From: Malacoraja senta
Taxonomy: Eukaryota
Length of the DNA: 64,000 bases
Direction of reading: 5' to 3'
Assembly: GCA_038087875.1 (NCBI GenBank)
Contig: CM075979.1
Span: forward strand, 67,890,001 to 67,954,000
The position numbers were made by a program, and so were the translations under genes. Numbering within the stretch: position 1 is the first letter of the stretch; every line of letters starts with the position of its first letter. The notes below the pieces were generated by a model. The model was not told the origin of the DNA. It ran no database searches and worked only from the letters and a program-made list of their open reading frames with translations. Of the stretch, positions 63,536 through 64,000 are shown piece after piece.

Positions 63536-64000
63536 TCAGCAGTCTCTTGTGTCTCCATGTCTCTGGCGGCTACCAGCTGCACCACCGTGCCACCCCCTCC
63601 GCAGTGCAACCCGCCGTGATGTCGGGAAAGGACTGCTACCCGAAGAATAATTTTAGATTTATTTGGCACCTTGCCTTGAAGCAATGATGCTTCGGCAAAT
63701 GCCTCCTAATCTTCATTCAAAAAAGGGAAAGAAAATCTCTTCCAACAGCTTCCACTGAACAGCTGACTGGCCTTGATAAGAGAGCAACTCTGGAGGTTCT
63801 CCGACCTTGTGTGCAAACGTGCTTTATCCTGTAAGCAGGGGAAAATTTCCTGTTTAGGGCACAAGTTGTGACCTATGGGACTGCATTCAGGTTTGGTGGC
63901 ATCTGTGCAATATCTCAACTTACACAGGATTTCCTGACCAGTGGGGATGTTTAAAGTCTCTGCAAACTTGGAAATGCGTTTTGGAATCTGTCCATCAGTG

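Overview
Vertebrate genomic DNA. The repeat content (HE1-type V-SINEs, HER1/CR1 LINEs, Deu-domain SINE remnants) points to a cartilaginous fish, probably a skate or ray; this is an inference. The only host gene recognised is srgap1. Its first coding exon (MSTPTRYKKDKEIVTEYETQVK) is on the + strand at 25813-25879 behind a CpG/GC-box promoter, followed by at least 38 kb with no recognisable exon 2. An internal F-BAR exon (equivalent to human exon 5) lies upstream on the opposite strand (2201-2376) with a 1-nt frameshift, and assembly gaps separate it from exon 1. The rest is a dense mosaic of transposable elements: about 25 HE1-like SINEs, CR1 and Rex/Babar 3' fragments, a Tc1 remnant, hAT, TcMar and Harbinger MITEs, a non-autonomous Helitron and many Penelope-like (PLE) pieces. 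The most striking recurrent structure is a family of short PLE pseudo-LTR insertions. They carry minimal type I hammerhead ribozyme cores, are often arranged as fold-back pairs, and are flanked by 7-17 bp target-site duplications (TSDs). Several multi-level nested insertions can be resolved to the base. Family names come from recalled consensus similarity, not from a database search, and most repeat boundaries are approximate.
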